Shown here: piece after piece, positions 63,429 to 64,000 of the stretch
Numbering within the stretch: the first letter of the stretch is position 1
Layout of the letters: every line of letters begins with the position of its first letter
Virus record (IMG/VR): IMGVR_UViG_3300028182_000001
Span: 64,001 to 128,000 of that record
DNA length: 64,000 nucleotides
Reading direction: 5' to 3' (one strand)
Source: a virus
The notes under the pieces: model-generated
Seen by the model: the letters and a program-made list of their open reading frames with translations, nothing else
What the model was told of the DNA's origin: nothing
Databases searched by the model: none
Position numbers and translations under genes: made by a program

Positions 63429-64000
63429 ATGAGTAAAGTTGAAAAGCTAAACACCGAGACAGACTTTAGAGAAGAGGATAGTCTCTTCCAACCAACACTA
63501 CATACAGTAAGTCAGCAAGAAGAAAAAATCGCAAAGGACTACCAAAACGGTTTAGGGATTACTGACCTAACGAAGAAGTACGATGTATCAGTTGGTACAG
63601 TGTACAACGCACTACGTAGACAAAAGGTTACACTTCGAAAAGGGATGTACAATTCACGAGCAGGTAATCGTTTGCTCACAATGACAACTTTAGAGAAAGA
63701 TAGTTTAGTAGAAGATTACTTATCAGGTATGGCAATGACTGCAATTTATAAAAAGCACCGTATCAATAAGCATGGCTGCTACACGATCCTAGATGAGCGC
63801 AGTGTCGCAAGACGAGGTGGTTCACGAATGGGAGCAGGTAAGAAGGTTGAGAAGGAACAAGATAGTGAGCAATTAGATTTACTCCTCGATGCGTTAGAGA
63901 CTGGTAAGATTCGAGATATAGAAGCTCACATCGAGGGTGAGACACTTCATGTGAAAGTTACAGTCATTCCTACGGTAAAGTTAGAGAGCATCAATGTAGT
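63429..64000 (+). CDS. Tandem-HTH protein (3' end outside the window)
   Basis: GAGGAGG RBS; DYQNGLGITDLTKKYDVSVGTVYNALRR and DYLSGMAMTAIYKKHRINKHGCYTILDE repeats. Confidence 0.75.
   Translation, partial: MSKVEKLNTETDFREEDSLFQPTLHTVSQQEEKIAKDYQNGLGITDLTKKYDVSVGTVYNALRRQKVTLRKGMYNSRAGNRLLTMTTLEKDSLVEDYLSGMAMTAIYKKHRINKHGCYTILDERSVARRGGSRMGAGKKVEKEQDSEQLDLLLDALETGKIRDIEAHIEGETLHVKVTVIPTVKLESINV

Noticed and set aside
159-63945. The many minus-strand and nested alternate-frame ORFs in the ORF track
   Set aside because: They overlap well-supported + strand genes and lack RBSs or recognisable motifs; shadow ORFs
1-64000. tRNA or rRNA genes, reverse transcriptase/DGR, integrase or transposase
   Set aside because: No cloverleaf or T-loop signature in the intergenic gaps and no ORF with the relevant motifs seen by eye; tRNAscan and Infernal not run

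Overview
A 64 kb segment of a large lytic Bacillus-type myovirus (SPO1/Twort-like Herelleviridae, most similar in layout to Bacillus cereus-group Bastillevirinae; judged from gene content and order, not from a search). Essentially all genes are on the + strand. Order: tail fibre/baseplate genes (1-12.6 kb); a ~520 bp non-coding gap with a long imperfect palindrome; a replication/recombination/nucleotide-metabolism block (SF2 helicase, HTH Rep-like protein, DnaB, SbcD/SbcC, primase, dUTPase, Holliday junction resolvase, RNR alpha/beta, HU-like protein, two tandem C5 DNA methyltransferases, family A polymerase, SSB, Tad1-like sponge, RecA, phage sigma factor, holin); and an accessory region of short genes behind repeated sigmaA-type promoter modules (Thg1-like enzyme, SAM methyltransferase, XRE HTH, lipoprotein, two paralogous HNH/AP2 endonucleases). 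Strongest hidden signal: a window-wide restriction-site footprint. GGCC and most GGWCC survive only where they overlap CCGC, and GATC survives almost only as GGATCR/YGATCC, which suggests specificities for the phage methyltransferases. Other candidates: a replication origin, an antisense small RNA, an anti-Shine-Dalgarno RNA switch and a conserved GATA-N10-TATC element. All motif tallies are by eye and approximate.
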